Shown piece by piece: positions 36,954-45,595 of a DNA stretch of 64,000 bases. Each line of letters starts with the position of its first letter. The stretch's first letter is position 1. Origin of the DNA: an uncultured Thermoleophilia bacterium. Its GTDB lineage: Bacteria; Actinomycetota; Thermoleophilia; Gaiellales; Gaiellaceae. The notes beneath the pieces were generated by a model. That model did no database searches and had not been told where the DNA came from. It saw nothing but the letters and a program-made list of their open reading frames with translations. Position numbers and translations under genes: made by a program. Location of the stretch: contig CAWCYU010000021.1 in assembly GCA_963799905.1 (NCBI GenBank), positions 19,628 through 83,627 of the forward strand. The letters are read 5' to 3'.

Positions 36954-37142
36954 ATGAGTCGAGTCAGTGAGGGCGGAGATGAACAGCGGGTCGCCGATCC
37001 CAGACGAGCCGGCAAGACCGAGCAGACAGGAGGTTTCGGAACCGGCACGCCAGGGAGCGCCAACGTCGCCGGGCAGATGCACGAGTCCGGGCCTGCACAC
37101 GACGAGGCGACCGCGTCGGGCGGCGGGAACAGCGACGACTGA
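36954..37142 (+). CDS. Small Gly/acidic hydrophilic protein
   Basis: MSRVSEGGDEQRVADPRRAGKTEQTGGFGTG...GNSDD*. An alternative GTG start at 36933 follows AAGGAG. Confidence 0.5.
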   Translation: MSRVSEGGDEQRVADPRRAGKTEQTGGFGTGTPGSANVAGQMHESGPAHDEATASGGGNSDD

Positions 37143-38748
37143 GGCGCTCGGCAACCGCGGCATCGCCGAGCGACTGGATGCCTTCGCGGGACTCCTCGAT
37201 CTGGCCGGATCCGGCTTCTACACCTCCCGGGCGTATCGGCGTGCAGCCGAGACGATTCGCGACACCCTCGCCCCGGTCGCGGAGCTCGTGCGGGAAGGGC
37301 GCGTGCGGGAGTTGCGTGGCGTCGGCCCGGGAATCGCTGCCACGTTGGCCGAGCTCGTGGAGACGGGCACGATCGCCGAGTTGGACGAGCTCGAACGGGA
37401 GGTCAGGCCGGAGCTGATCGGCTTGGGACGCTTTCTCGGCGTCGGCCCGAAACGGATGCTCGAGATCGCCGCGGACCTCGACGTCCGAACGGCGAGCCAG
37501 TTCCGCGAGCTTGCTCTGAACGGCGGACTGCAAAACGCGCGGGGGATCGGACCGAAAACCGAGCGTCGAATGCTCGACCGCCTTCGTCAGCCGCAGCAAC
37601 CGGCCCGCGCTCGGGGTCTGTTGCTGAGCGGAGCCCGCGCGCTTCTGGAACAGATCGCCGAGCAGCTGGACGGCGAGGTCGCCGGCGACGTCAGGCGATG
37701 GGCGGACGCACCACACGACCTGGTCGTCGTTGTCTCCTCTGACGCGCCTGATCCGGTGCTCGACAGGTTCGAGCGGCTGCCGGTGATCGTCAGCGTCGTC
37801 GAACGGGGAGAGCGACGCGCCGTGGGTGTGACCGTCGAGGGAGTCGCGGTGACGCTCGTGGTGGCCGAACCGTCCACGTTCGGGACGGAGCTCGTGCGAG
37901 CGACCGGGAGTGCCTCCTACGTCGCGCCCCTCGAACCTCTGCCCGACGGGGAGGACGAGGAAGCCGTCTACCGGGCTCTGGGGCTTGCCTGGTCCCCGCC
38001 CGAACTGCGGGAGCAGCCGTTCCGAGGCGAACCGCCCCGCCTGGTCGAGCTCGGCGACGTTCGGGGCGACCTGCACTGCCATACGACCTGGTCCGACGGC
38101 AAGGCGACCGTGCTCGAAATGGCTCTGGCGGCGATCGAGCTCGGCTACGACTACATCGCCGTCTGTGACCACACCCCGAACGTGCGCGTGGTCCCGGGTC
38201 TCGATGCTGAGGCCCTCCGCCGGCAGGGAGAAGAGATCGCGGCCGTCAACGAGGCCGTCACGCCCTTTCGGGTGCTACGAGGCACAGAGGTCGACATCAG
38301 GCGCGACGGCGAGCTCGACCTCCCTGACGACGTGCTCGCGGAGCTCGACTGGGTACAGCTCAGCCTGCACGCGGGCCAGCGTGAGAGTGGGGACATCCTC
38401 ACGCGCAAGGTGACGCACGCCATGCGCCACCCTTCCGTCCGCTGCCTCAGCCACCCGACGGGCCGCCTGATCAACCACCGGCCTGCCAACGCGCTCGACC
38501 TCGGCAAAGTCATCGAAGTCGCGCTCGAAACCGGCGTCGCCCTCGAAATCAACGGCCTTCCCAATCGACTCGATCTGCACGGCGCGCACGCGCGCATGGC
38601 GATCCAGGCAGGTGTCAAGCTGGTCGCCTCGACGGACGCCCACTCCACCCTTGGACTCCGCAACATGCAACTCGCGATCGCAACTGCCAGACGCGGCTGG
38701 GCCACTGTCGCCGACATCGTGAATACCGGGTCGGCTCCGGTCATCTGA
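37135..38748 (+). CDS. polX: PolX-PHP protein with degenerate polymerase site (start uncertain)
   Basis: RAYRRAA, HhH motifs (GVGP, GIGPKTE), ATGS and PPELRE. PHP ligands are intact (HCH, DH, E, H, H, TDAH). Confidence 0.9.
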   Translation, partial: TTEALGNRGIAERLDAFAGLLDLAGSGFYTSRAYRRAAETIRDTLAPVAELVREGRVRELRGVGPGIAATLAELVETGTIAELDELEREVRPELIGLGRFLGVGPKRMLEIAADLDVRTASQFRELALNGGLQNARGIGPKTERRMLDRLRQPQQPARARGLLLSGARALLEQIAEQLDGEVAGDVRRWADAPHDLVVVVSSDAPDPVLDRFERLPVIVSVVERGERRAVGVTVEGVAVTLVVAEPSTFGTELVRATGSASYVAPLEPLPDGEDEEAVYRALGLAWSPPELREQPFRGEPPRLVELGDVRGDLHCHTTWSDGKATVLEMALAAIELGYDYIAVCDHTPNVRVVPGLDAEALRRQGEEIAAVNEAVTPFRVLRGTEVDIRRDGELDLPDDVLAELDWVQLSLHAGQRESGDILTRKVTHAMRHPSVRCLSHPTGRLINHRPANALDLGKVIEVALETGVALEINGLPNRLDLHGAHARMAIQAGVKLVASTDAHSTLGLRNMQLAIATARRGWATVADIVNTGSAPVI

Positions 38749-38816
38749 CGAGGGTCACAAAACGCTACAGCGGGAGCCGAGCCGGCGTTTACGCGCCGCG
38801 CGCCCCCGGTTGTCGC

Positions 38817-39014
38817 TTACGCACGTACGAGCATCGCGGCAAGCTGTTCGACCTCTGCGGCGAGCTCGCGGACGGCGAGCTCGAGGCGCTCGTTGCGGTC
38901 CATCAGCTCCTCGACCGCAGCCCGCGTTCCAGTCGTGCTCAAGAGCGGTGAACGGTGCTGCGACTCGATCAGGTCGCGAACTCTCTGCGACAGGGTGGCA
39001 TTCAGGGTTTCCAC
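38817..39014 (-). CDS. Small coiled-coil hypothetical protein (65 aa)
   Basis: A GAAGGAG RBS precedes GTG; METLNATLSQRVRDL...LELAVRELAAEVEQL. Confidence 0.55.
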   Translation of the reverse strand: METLNATLSQRVRDLIESQHRSPLLSTTGTRAAVEELMDRNERLELAVRELAAEVEQLAAMLVRA

Positions 39015-39180
39015 TCCGGCCTCTCCTTCGTAGAGAGACGATACTCCCTTTGGGGTGACCCGGGAGACCCGTGGGGATCGCATCGTCGTTGCGATTCTGT
39101 TGCGGTGGACGTCGGGAGTTCCAACTCGTCGATTGGCTCTCATGGGCGGCGACCACCTAGGCTGCGGACCCGGAAAACGT

Positions 39181-39208
39181 GAGCGGCCCCTCCTGCGAGG
39201 GGCCGCTC
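39181..39208 (-). terminator. Intrinsic terminator of the Flp pilin gene
   Basis: Perfect 12-bp stem GAGCGGCCCCTC/GAGGGGCCGCTC with a 4-nt loop, followed by ACGTTTT on the minus strand. Confidence 0.75.
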
Positions 39209-39237
39209 GGGATACCACTCGATTCAGGGCCTGCCGG

Positions 39238-39447
39238 TCAGCTCGGGCCCGTGCTCAGCTCGCTGCCTGCCTTGGTGAACAGGCTCCTGATCTGGTCGCG
39301 CAGGAACACGATCGCCAGGATCACGCCGAGTGCGACGACCGCGATGATCAGCGCGTACTCGGTGAGGGTCTGGGCCCGCTCTTCGTCACGCAGGCGGGCG
39401 AACCCGTTCTGCGCTCGAACGACCGACCAGAGGATGACGTCCATCAT
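39238..39447 (-). CDS. flp: Flp/Fap (type IVb) pilin
   Basis: Leader...EERA/QTLTEYALII followed by a hydrophobic helix. GGAGG RBS. Confidence 0.88.
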   Translation of the reverse strand: MMDVILWSVVRAQNGFARLRDEERAQTLTEYALIIAVVALGVILAIVFLRDQIRSLFTKAGSELSTGPS

Positions 39448-39697
39448 GGTGATTCCTCCCTCGATTGCCGGAGGCTCGAAGCCTCCGGTTCGTCTCTCCC
39501 CGGCCGGACCACTGTGCGGGGCATGTCGTATCGATGTCGGCTCCGGCCGGCTGTTCCACGACTCCCCGAAGGGTTGGTTCCGCCTGGACGTTCGGTGGAA
39601 TCCCGTCGAGACGCTCGAGACGGGTTGTCGAGGCGAGGTCGGCTGCGGCACGACAGCCATCGCCGTTGCGGCCGGGTCGCCGCAGGCTCTGGCATGG

Positions 39698-40681
39698 CTA
39701 CGGGATCGAGAGGACGATCTTGCCGATCTGGTCGCCTGCCTCGAGCCGCTCGTGTGCGGCCCGCGTCTCGGCGAGCGGGAACACCCTGTCGACGTGCACG
39801 CGGGCCCGGCCGGTCGAGACGAGATCGTAGGCCCCGAGGAAGTCCTCCCGGGTTCCCATCGACGATCCGTACACGGTCAGCTGCTTCCACCAGAAGCGAT
39901 GCAGCGCCGCGGGAGGGTTGGGGCCACTCGTCGCGCCGCACACGGTCACCCGTCCGGCCGGTGCGACGGCCGAGAGCGAACGGGCCCAGGTCGCCTCGCC
40001 GACCGTCTCGACGACGATCTCGACCCCTTTGCCGGTCGCCTCCTTGACGGCCTGGACGACGTCCCCGGTGTGATGGTTGACGGCGAGATCAGCGCCCCAG
40101 GCGCGTGCCTGCTCGAGCTTGTCGTCGCTTCCGGAGGTGACGATCGTACGGGCGCCGAGCGCGCGGGAGATCTCGAACGCTGCGGTCGCGACTCCACCGC
40201 CGATGCCCCAGATCAGAACCCACTCGTCCGCCTGCACCGACGCCTTGGTGACGAGCATCCTGTACGCAGTCTCGTAGACGAGCGGGAAAGCCGCGGCGTC
40301 CTCGAACGAAAGCCCGTCCGCGAGAGGAAACACCTGCTCCGCCGGCACCGCGATCAACTCGCAATGTGTTCCGTCGCGATGCTCTCCGATCACCGAGATC
40401 GTGGCGCCATGCTCCATACCCGGGTTGAGCACGACCCGGTCGCCCACCGAGAGACCGTCGACACCCGCGCCGAGCGCCTCGACGACCCCGGAGCCGTCGG
40501 CGCCCAGGATCCGAGGCTTCGGCACGGAAGGGAGTCCCATGCGAACCCACACGTCGAGGTGGTTCAGCGACGCGGCTGCAAGGCGCACGAGAACCTCGCC
40601 GTCGCCCGCCACCGGGTCGGCCACGTCCTCGTACCGCAGGACGTCCGAACCGCCGTCCTCGTGGATGCGAATCGCCTTCAC
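39698..40681 (-). CDS. Zn-type MDR / NADPH:quinone oxidoreductase family
   Basis: MKAIRIHEDGG, SLNHLD, ILGADGSG, GIGGGVA and GKIVL. Confidence 0.92.
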   Translation of the reverse strand: MKAIRIHEDGGSDVLRYEDVADPVAGDGEVLVRLAAASLNHLDVWVRMGLPSVPKPRILGADGSGVVEALGAGVDGLSVGDRVVLNPGMEHGATISVIGEHRDGTHCELIAVPAEQVFPLADGLSFEDAAAFPLVYETAYRMLVTKASVQADEWVLIWGIGGGVATAAFEISRALGARTIVTSGSDDKLEQARAWGADLAVNHHTGDVVQAVKEATGKGVEIVVETVGEATWARSLSAVAPAGRVTVCGATSGPNPPAALHRFWWKQLTVYGSSMGTREDFLGAYDLVSTGRARVHVDRVFPLAETRAAHERLEAGDQIGKIVLSIP

Positions 40682-40696
40682 CGGCACAATCCTCGC

Positions 40697-41701
40697 ATGA
40701 AGGCAGCCGAGCTCGCCCGATGTGCCGCCGAGCTCGGCCTCGATGTCGTCGGCGCCGCTCCGGCCTCGGCGTACGAGGAGACCGAGCGGCACATCTCGCA
40801 ACGCCGTGAGGCGGGTCTCTTCGCAGACATGAAGTTCACGATGGCCCGGCCCGACGTCTCGTGCCACCCCGAGCTCCTCCTCGACGGCGAGGCGCGTACT
40901 GTCGTCTCCGCGGCCCTTTGCTATTGGGTCGAGGGCCCGGATCCCGGAGCAGGCGAGGGTCGCCTGCCCCGATACGCCTGGCGCGATCACTACGCGCTCC
41001 TCCGCGACCGACTCGACGAGCTGGGCCGGCTCCTCGGTGGACGCTACCGGGTGCTCGTGGACGCCAATCAACACGTCGATCGCGAGGGCGCCAGGCGCTC
41101 GGGCGTCGGCTTCTACGGCAAGAACACGATGCTGATCACACGGGAGCACGGCTCGTGGGTCGTCCTCGGGACGCTGGTCACCGACGTCGACATCGAGACG
41201 ACGGCGCCGCTCGACCTCGACTGCGGCCGCTGCCGGCTCTGCATCGACGCCTGTCCGACGGGCGCGCTCGACGAACCCGGTGTGCTGGATGCGAATCGCT
41301 GCCTGTCGTACTGGACCCAGGCACCGGCTCCGGTGCCGGAGGCGTATCGAGAGGAGCTCGGAGACTCGGTCTACGGGTGCGACATCTGTCAGGACGTCTG
41401 CCCCTGGAACCGGGGGATCGAAAAGCGGCGTGCCGGCCTGCCGCTGCCCGACGACGCGATGCCGAACGTCTCGCTCGTCGAATGGCTCGCCGGCGACGGT
41501 GCCGAGCTCGTCGACGAGCTGGACCGCCTCTACGTCCCGCGCAACGATCCTCGCTGGCTTCGGCGCAACGCCCTCTACGCCCTCGGCAACACGGATTCAG
41601 GTGCCGCCGTCCCATTCGTCGAGGCGTGGGGCGCGAGTGACGATCCCGTCCTTGCCGAGGCGGCCGCCTGGGCGATCGCGAAGATGGCGGAGCGCGGGTG
41701 A
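40697..41701 (+). CDS. queG: Epoxyqueuosine reductase QueG
   Basis: RYA...Y, GFYGKN, GSWVVLG, CGRCRLCIDACP and YGCDICQDVCPWN. Confidence 0.93.
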   Translation: MKAAELARCAAELGLDVVGAAPASAYEETERHISQRREAGLFADMKFTMARPDVSCHPELLLDGEARTVVSAALCYWVEGPDPGAGEGRLPRYAWRDHYALLRDRLDELGRLLGGRYRVLVDANQHVDREGARRSGVGFYGKNTMLITREHGSWVVLGTLVTDVDIETTAPLDLDCGRCRLCIDACPTGALDEPGVLDANRCLSYWTQAPAPVPEAYREELGDSVYGCDICQDVCPWNRGIEKRRAGLPLPDDAMPNVSLVEWLAGDGAELVDELDRLYVPRNDPRWLRRNALYALGNTDSGAAVPFVEAWGASDDPVLAEAAAWAIAKMAERG

Positions 41702-42330
41702 CGGCCGTCGATCGGCTCGCCGTGCTTGCGCACGAGCTCAGGAGCCCCGTCTCCGCGCTGGCGGCGATCCGCGAGGCCTACGTCGAAGGGGACGACGAGA
41801 GGAGACGGCGGCTGCTCGAGCTGGCAGGCGTCGCAGTGGCGAGCATCGAACGGCTCATCGCCGACGCGACGCTGCCCTCGCTTCGCCTCGAACGCCTCGA
41901 CGTCGGCCGACTCGCGGTCGAGGTCGTGGAAACAGCGGCACTCGGACGAGCGGGCGTCGTCGCAGAGGTCGAGGACGGGCTCGGGGTGGACGGTGACGGG
42001 GACCGGCTACGGCAGGCGCTGGCGAACCTGATCGCGAACGCGGTGGGTCATTCGCCTCCCGGAACCACCGTGCGCGTGTCGGCGAGGGGCCGCGGTGCCC
42101 TCGTCGTGCTCGCGGTCGCGGACGAGGGGGAGGGAATCGCAGCCGCCGATATCGCGCGCGTATTCGAGCCCGGGGTGCGGCTCACCGAGGCCCGACCGGG
42201 TTCGGGGCTGGGGCTCGCACTGGTGCGAACGATCGCCATGGAGCACGGGGGAGAGGTCGAGGTGGAGTCGAGCCCGGGCCGGGGGGCGACGTTCAGGCTC
42301 GTGCTGCCGGCCGCTTCCGGCGTGGGCTGA
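41698..42330 (+). CDS. Sensor-less histidine kinase (HisKA + HATPase)
   Basis: AHELRSP begins at residue 11; NLIANA, DEGEGI and GSGLGL follow. No TM or sensor domain. Confidence 0.85.
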   Translation: MTAVDRLAVLAHELRSPVSALAAIREAYVEGDDERRRRLLELAGVAVASIERLIADATLPSLRLERLDVGRLAVEVVETAALGRAGVVAEVEDGLGVDGDGDRLRQALANLIANAVGHSPPGTTVRVSARGRGALVVLAVADEGEGIAAADIARVFEPGVRLTEARPGSGLGLALVRTIAMEHGGEVEVESSPGRGATFRLVLPAASGVG

Positions 42331-44326
42331 GACCCAGCTCCGTCTGGAGCTCGCGGGCTCTCCGCGCGACGGCGGCCCGCATGTCGGCCGGTTCCAGGAC
42401 CACGGTCTCGCCCGCATCGGCGAGCACCTCGGACAGCAGCCACTCGTCCGTCTTGAACGGCAGCTCGGAGAGCGCTGCCTTGTCGGTCAGCCCTCGGGCG
42501 CCGCGCTCGATCTTCCAGCGGGCGACAATCGGCGAGTGCCACAGCCGGGCCAGGCGCGGCTCGGTGAGATAGCGCGGATCGAAGCCGACGCGCGGCTCGA
42601 AGGCCTCGGCAGTGAGCCGTGCCGACCGCATCCTGTCGAGCCGGTAGGTGCGCGGGCCGTCCGCCGTGCGATCCCAGGTGTGCACGCGCCACACGGGCAG
42701 CTCACGCTCGAAGGAGTACGGCTCGACCGACCTCGTCGTCGGCTGTTCGTCCCCTTCCTTGAGGTATTCGATCTCGACGACGCGCCGCTTCTCGACGGCG
42801 TCGGAGAGCGTCCGAACGAGCTCCTCCTCGGCGTCGACGACGTTGCCCGTCGGCGTGTGAGGAAGGTCGAACTGCCCGAACGTCTCCTCGAGCTTCTTGC
42901 GCACCCGATCGAGCGGCGTGTGGGCCTCCGCCGCGATGGTCGGCCCGACGTAGTCGATCGCGAGGCGAATCGCGCGCGCCTCGAGAGGCGTCAGCTTCGG
43001 AGGCCTCCGAAACACGTCTCCGTAGAGCTCCTTGTCGACACGCACGACTCCCTCGTCCTCGTCGACCTCGGCGTACACGGTGTAGCACCCGCCTCCGAAA
43101 TTGACCAGGTTCAGCAGTGAGAGCGTGTCCTGGAGCTCCTCCCTCGGGATCGAGAAGCGCGCAGCGAGCTCATCGGCGTCGAGTCGTGCGTCGCGACCCT
43201 CACCGCAGGCGGACAGAACATGCGCGAGGAGCGCCTGGAGCACGCCGAACCGCTCGGGCGCTATCGGCCCGACGGGTCGGTCTCCCCGATCGACGGACGC
43301 GTCGACGCGCCGCTCGCGCGCAGGCGCCGGGCTGTCGCCGTCGTGGGCTTCGCGCAGACGGGCGAGCCCGTCGGCAACCCCCTGGCGGAGAGTCTTGGGC
43401 TCGAGTGGGATCGCACGGCCGTTCTGCCGCAGCACCCAGCCGACGAGCGGCTCGATGCGAGCGAAGTTCGTCTCGAAGACGCCGTCGGTCAGCGTGCCGG
43501 CGTCGGAGAGCGTTCGGTGCACCCACCAGGCAGTGTCGCCCTGCACCTCGATCCGGGCCGTGCCGACGACGTCGCCGATCTGCCAGGGCCGCGGGACGCG
43601 GTGCGCCTCGACGTCGAACTCCGGCGGGAGGCGGAAATCCCGCTCGCGGCGGGTGGCGAAGCGGATGTCGCTGCGGATCCGGGACACCCGAAACGTGCGG
43701 ACGGCAGCACGGTCGAGATCCTGGCCGACGACGTACCAGATCCCCTCGTCGAGCCGCAGGGCATACGGGTTGAGCGTGCGCTCGGTCACCTTGTCGCGCT
43801 GAGGAGACCAGTACGCGAACTTGATCGTGCGTTGCTTCGAGATCGCCGACTCCAGCTTCGAGAGCCGCCCTGCCAGCTCGGGTGAATAGTCCGGAGCGCT
43901 GACCCGGACACGCTCCTCGGTGTCGGTGCGTGCCTCGGAGAAACCAGGACGGCCGAGCGCGAGGTTCTGTAGCGCGAGGCGCAGCGGCTCGGCGTACGCG
44001 AACTTGCCGTCGAGGTAGAACAACGCCGTCTGGAGGGCCGCGAGCTCGTCGTCCTTGAGGTCGAGGCGATCGAGGAAATAGTTCTCGGAACGAAGGGTGT
44101 AGAGCTCTTCTCCCGTGAACTCGTCGCGCTGGGAATGGAGCGGTACACCGAGCCCGGTCAGCTCGGCGCGGTCGGAGTAGAAGCGTCGCGCGAACGCCTC
44201 GTCCGACATCTCGGAGTAGCCCTCGACGTTCCCTTTCACGTCTCTCGCGGTCAGCGGCCGACGCTCGGCCATCAGGAAGGCTACGAGCGAGAGTTGACGG
44301 ATGAGCTTGTCGGTGTCGTGCGACAT
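42293..44326 (-). CDS. pafBC: Fused PafBC-like transcriptional activator (2x HTH-WYL-WCX)
   Basis: AFARRFYSDRAELTGLGVP (PafB HTH), WYVVG...RTFRVSRI, then LTPLEARA and RTYRLDRM (PafC half). Confidence 0.88.
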   Translation of the reverse strand: MSHDTDKLIRQLSLVAFLMAERRPLTARDVKGNVEGYSEMSDEAFARRFYSDRAELTGLGVPLHSQRDEFTGEELYTLRSENYFLDRLDLKDDELAALQTALFYLDGKFAYAEPLRLALQNLALGRPGFSEARTDTEERVRVSAPDYSPELAGRLSKLESAISKQRTIKFAYWSPQRDKVTERTLNPYALRLDEGIWYVVGQDLDRAAVRTFRVSRIRSDIRFATRRERDFRLPPEFDVEAHRVPRPWQIGDVVGTARIEVQGDTAWWVHRTLSDAGTLTDGVFETNFARIEPLVGWVLRQNGRAIPLEPKTLRQGVADGLARLREAHDGDSPAPARERRVDASVDRGDRPVGPIAPERFGVLQALLAHVLSACGEGRDARLDADELAARFSIPREELQDTLSLLNLVNFGGGCYTVYAEVDEDEGVVRVDKELYGDVFRRPPKLTPLEARAIRLAIDYVGPTIAAEAHTPLDRVRKKLEETFGQFDLPHTPTGNVVDAEEELVRTLSDAVEKRRVVEIEYLKEGDEQPTTRSVEPYSFERELPVWRVHTWDRTADGPRTYRLDRMRSARLTAEAFEPRVGFDPRYLTEPRLARLWHSPIVARWKIERGARGLTDKAALSELPFKTDEWLLSEVLADAGETVVLEPADMRAAVARRARELQTELGLSPRRKRPAARA

Positions 44327-44422
44327 CGTGTGTGCGAGCTTACCGCTCGGAAACGCGGCGTACGGCGCGCATTGGTTGTCGTGGCCGGGCGTGCGCTGAG
44401 CGCGTGCCGCGCCGCGGTACGA

Positions 44423-44875
44423 CTAGGCGGCGAGCGACGTGCGCGCTTCGAGATGCTGGTGCGACGGGCAGTAGTCACGGCTCGGCAGCGGCGTGCGCTG
44501 ACAGGCCTTGCCCTTGCGCGTCGTTGCCTTGCAACGGGCAATCCCCCCGTCGAACGCTCCAGCCTCGATCTGCTGCTCGATGAACGCGATCGCGGCACCG
44601 ACGCCCTCACGCACCGCCCACGCCACCTGTGCCTGCGCCGTGATCGGGAAATACCGGCGGATGTCCTGGAACAATGCGCGATCGGGACGCGCGAAATACT
44701 GCGGGTCGGCGGCGAGACGTGACATCGTCAGCTCGCACTCGTCGAGCACGGTTCGACGCGACTCCAGTCTTGTCTGCTGATCTGTGTAGGGGTCGATCAG
44801 ATCCTTGATCGAGCGATAGATCGCTCGCGAATACTGATACATGCAGGACTGCAAATAAACGACGTGCTCTTCCAT
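44423..44875 (-). CDS. Hypothetical protein with C-terminal CCCH Zn-finger-like motif
   Basis: CKATTRKGKACQRTPLPSRDYCPSH, preceded by an all-helical N-domain. Confidence 0.75.
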   Translation of the reverse strand: MEEHVVYLQSCMYQYSRAIYRSIKDLIDPYTDQQTRLESRRTVLDECELTMSRLAADPQYFARPDRALFQDIRRYFPITAQAQVAWAVREGVGAAIAFIEQQIEAGAFDGGIARCKATTRKGKACQRTPLPSRDYCPSHQHLEARTSLAA

Positions 44876-45027
44876 CAGTCGGGTCTCGCTTCCCCTTCAA
44901 ACGCGATTTGTAGGCCGTAAACAGGCGGAAAACGTCCTGGTCACCGCCCAGTCTACCCGGTTTGGGCCTGTGTTACAAACTCACCCTTGAAATTGCCTAT
45001 TTGGGCAACGAAACGGGGTGACGAGCA

Positions 45028-45591
45028 TCAACCGGCGACGCGCTGGGTGCGCGCACCCTTCTGCACCGCCTTCGCCTCGCGCAGGCGGCTCGCGGCCTCG
45101 GGCTCGCTTGGATAGATCCCGGCGAAGACCATCCAGTACCCCGGATGGAGGCTTGCGTAGCGCGACGAATCGAGCACGCCGACTCGTCGCAATCCCTTCC
45201 GGCGAGCCTGTTCGGCACGGGCGACGGCGGCGTCGCGGCCGTCGACCTTCGGGATCGAGACCAGGACGTTCGTCCATGCGTTCGTGCCGGTGGGCCACTG
45301 TTCGAGTCGGGTGGTTCTGGCGACCGTGGAGACGGGAATGGCCTCGCTGCCGCCGGTAGCGGTGACGATCGCGGTGGCGGTTGCGGTGTCGCGCGTGAGC
45401 CCGATCGCGAGCGCGGCGCCGCCAACGGCGATGACCGCCGCGACGGCGAGCGGGATCGCGAGTGCACGACGATCGACGGGCGGCGGCCCGAGTCGGCTCG
45501 CACCGGGGAGATGGAGCCCGCATTCGAGGCAGTACTCCTGGCTCGCGGCAACGTGCTCACCGCAGCGCGGACAGCGCGTCAGCGACTCCAA
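45028..45591 (-). CDS. Zinc-ribbon + TM + SPOR-like extracytoplasmic domain
   Basis: CPRCG...YCLECG, a TM helix and YASLHPGYWMVFAGIY. Confidence 0.75.
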   Translation of the reverse strand: MESLTRCPRCGEHVAASQEYCLECGLHLPGASRLGPPPVDRRALAIPLAVAAVIAVGGAALAIGLTRDTATATAIVTATGGSEAIPVSTVARTTRLEQWPTGTNAWTNVLVSIPKVDGRDAAVARAEQARRKGLRRVGVLDSSRYASLHPGYWMVFAGIYPSEPEAASRLREAKAVQKGARTQRVAG

Positions 45592-45595
45592 CTCG

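Noticed and set aside
25156-39000. Prophage, ICE or transposon
   Set aside because: No integrase, transposase, phage gene, tRNA target or flanking direct repeat was seen.
39448-39697. Known cyclic-dinucleotide riboswitch upstream of flp
   Set aside because: The conserved nucleotides of the c-di-GMP-I/II and ydaO motifs were not found by eye. It is kept only as an unknown structured leader.
39179-40696. 840-aa QueG with a long N-terminal extension
   Set aside because: It is antisense to the MDR oxidoreductase and flp. QueG homology starts at ATG 40697.
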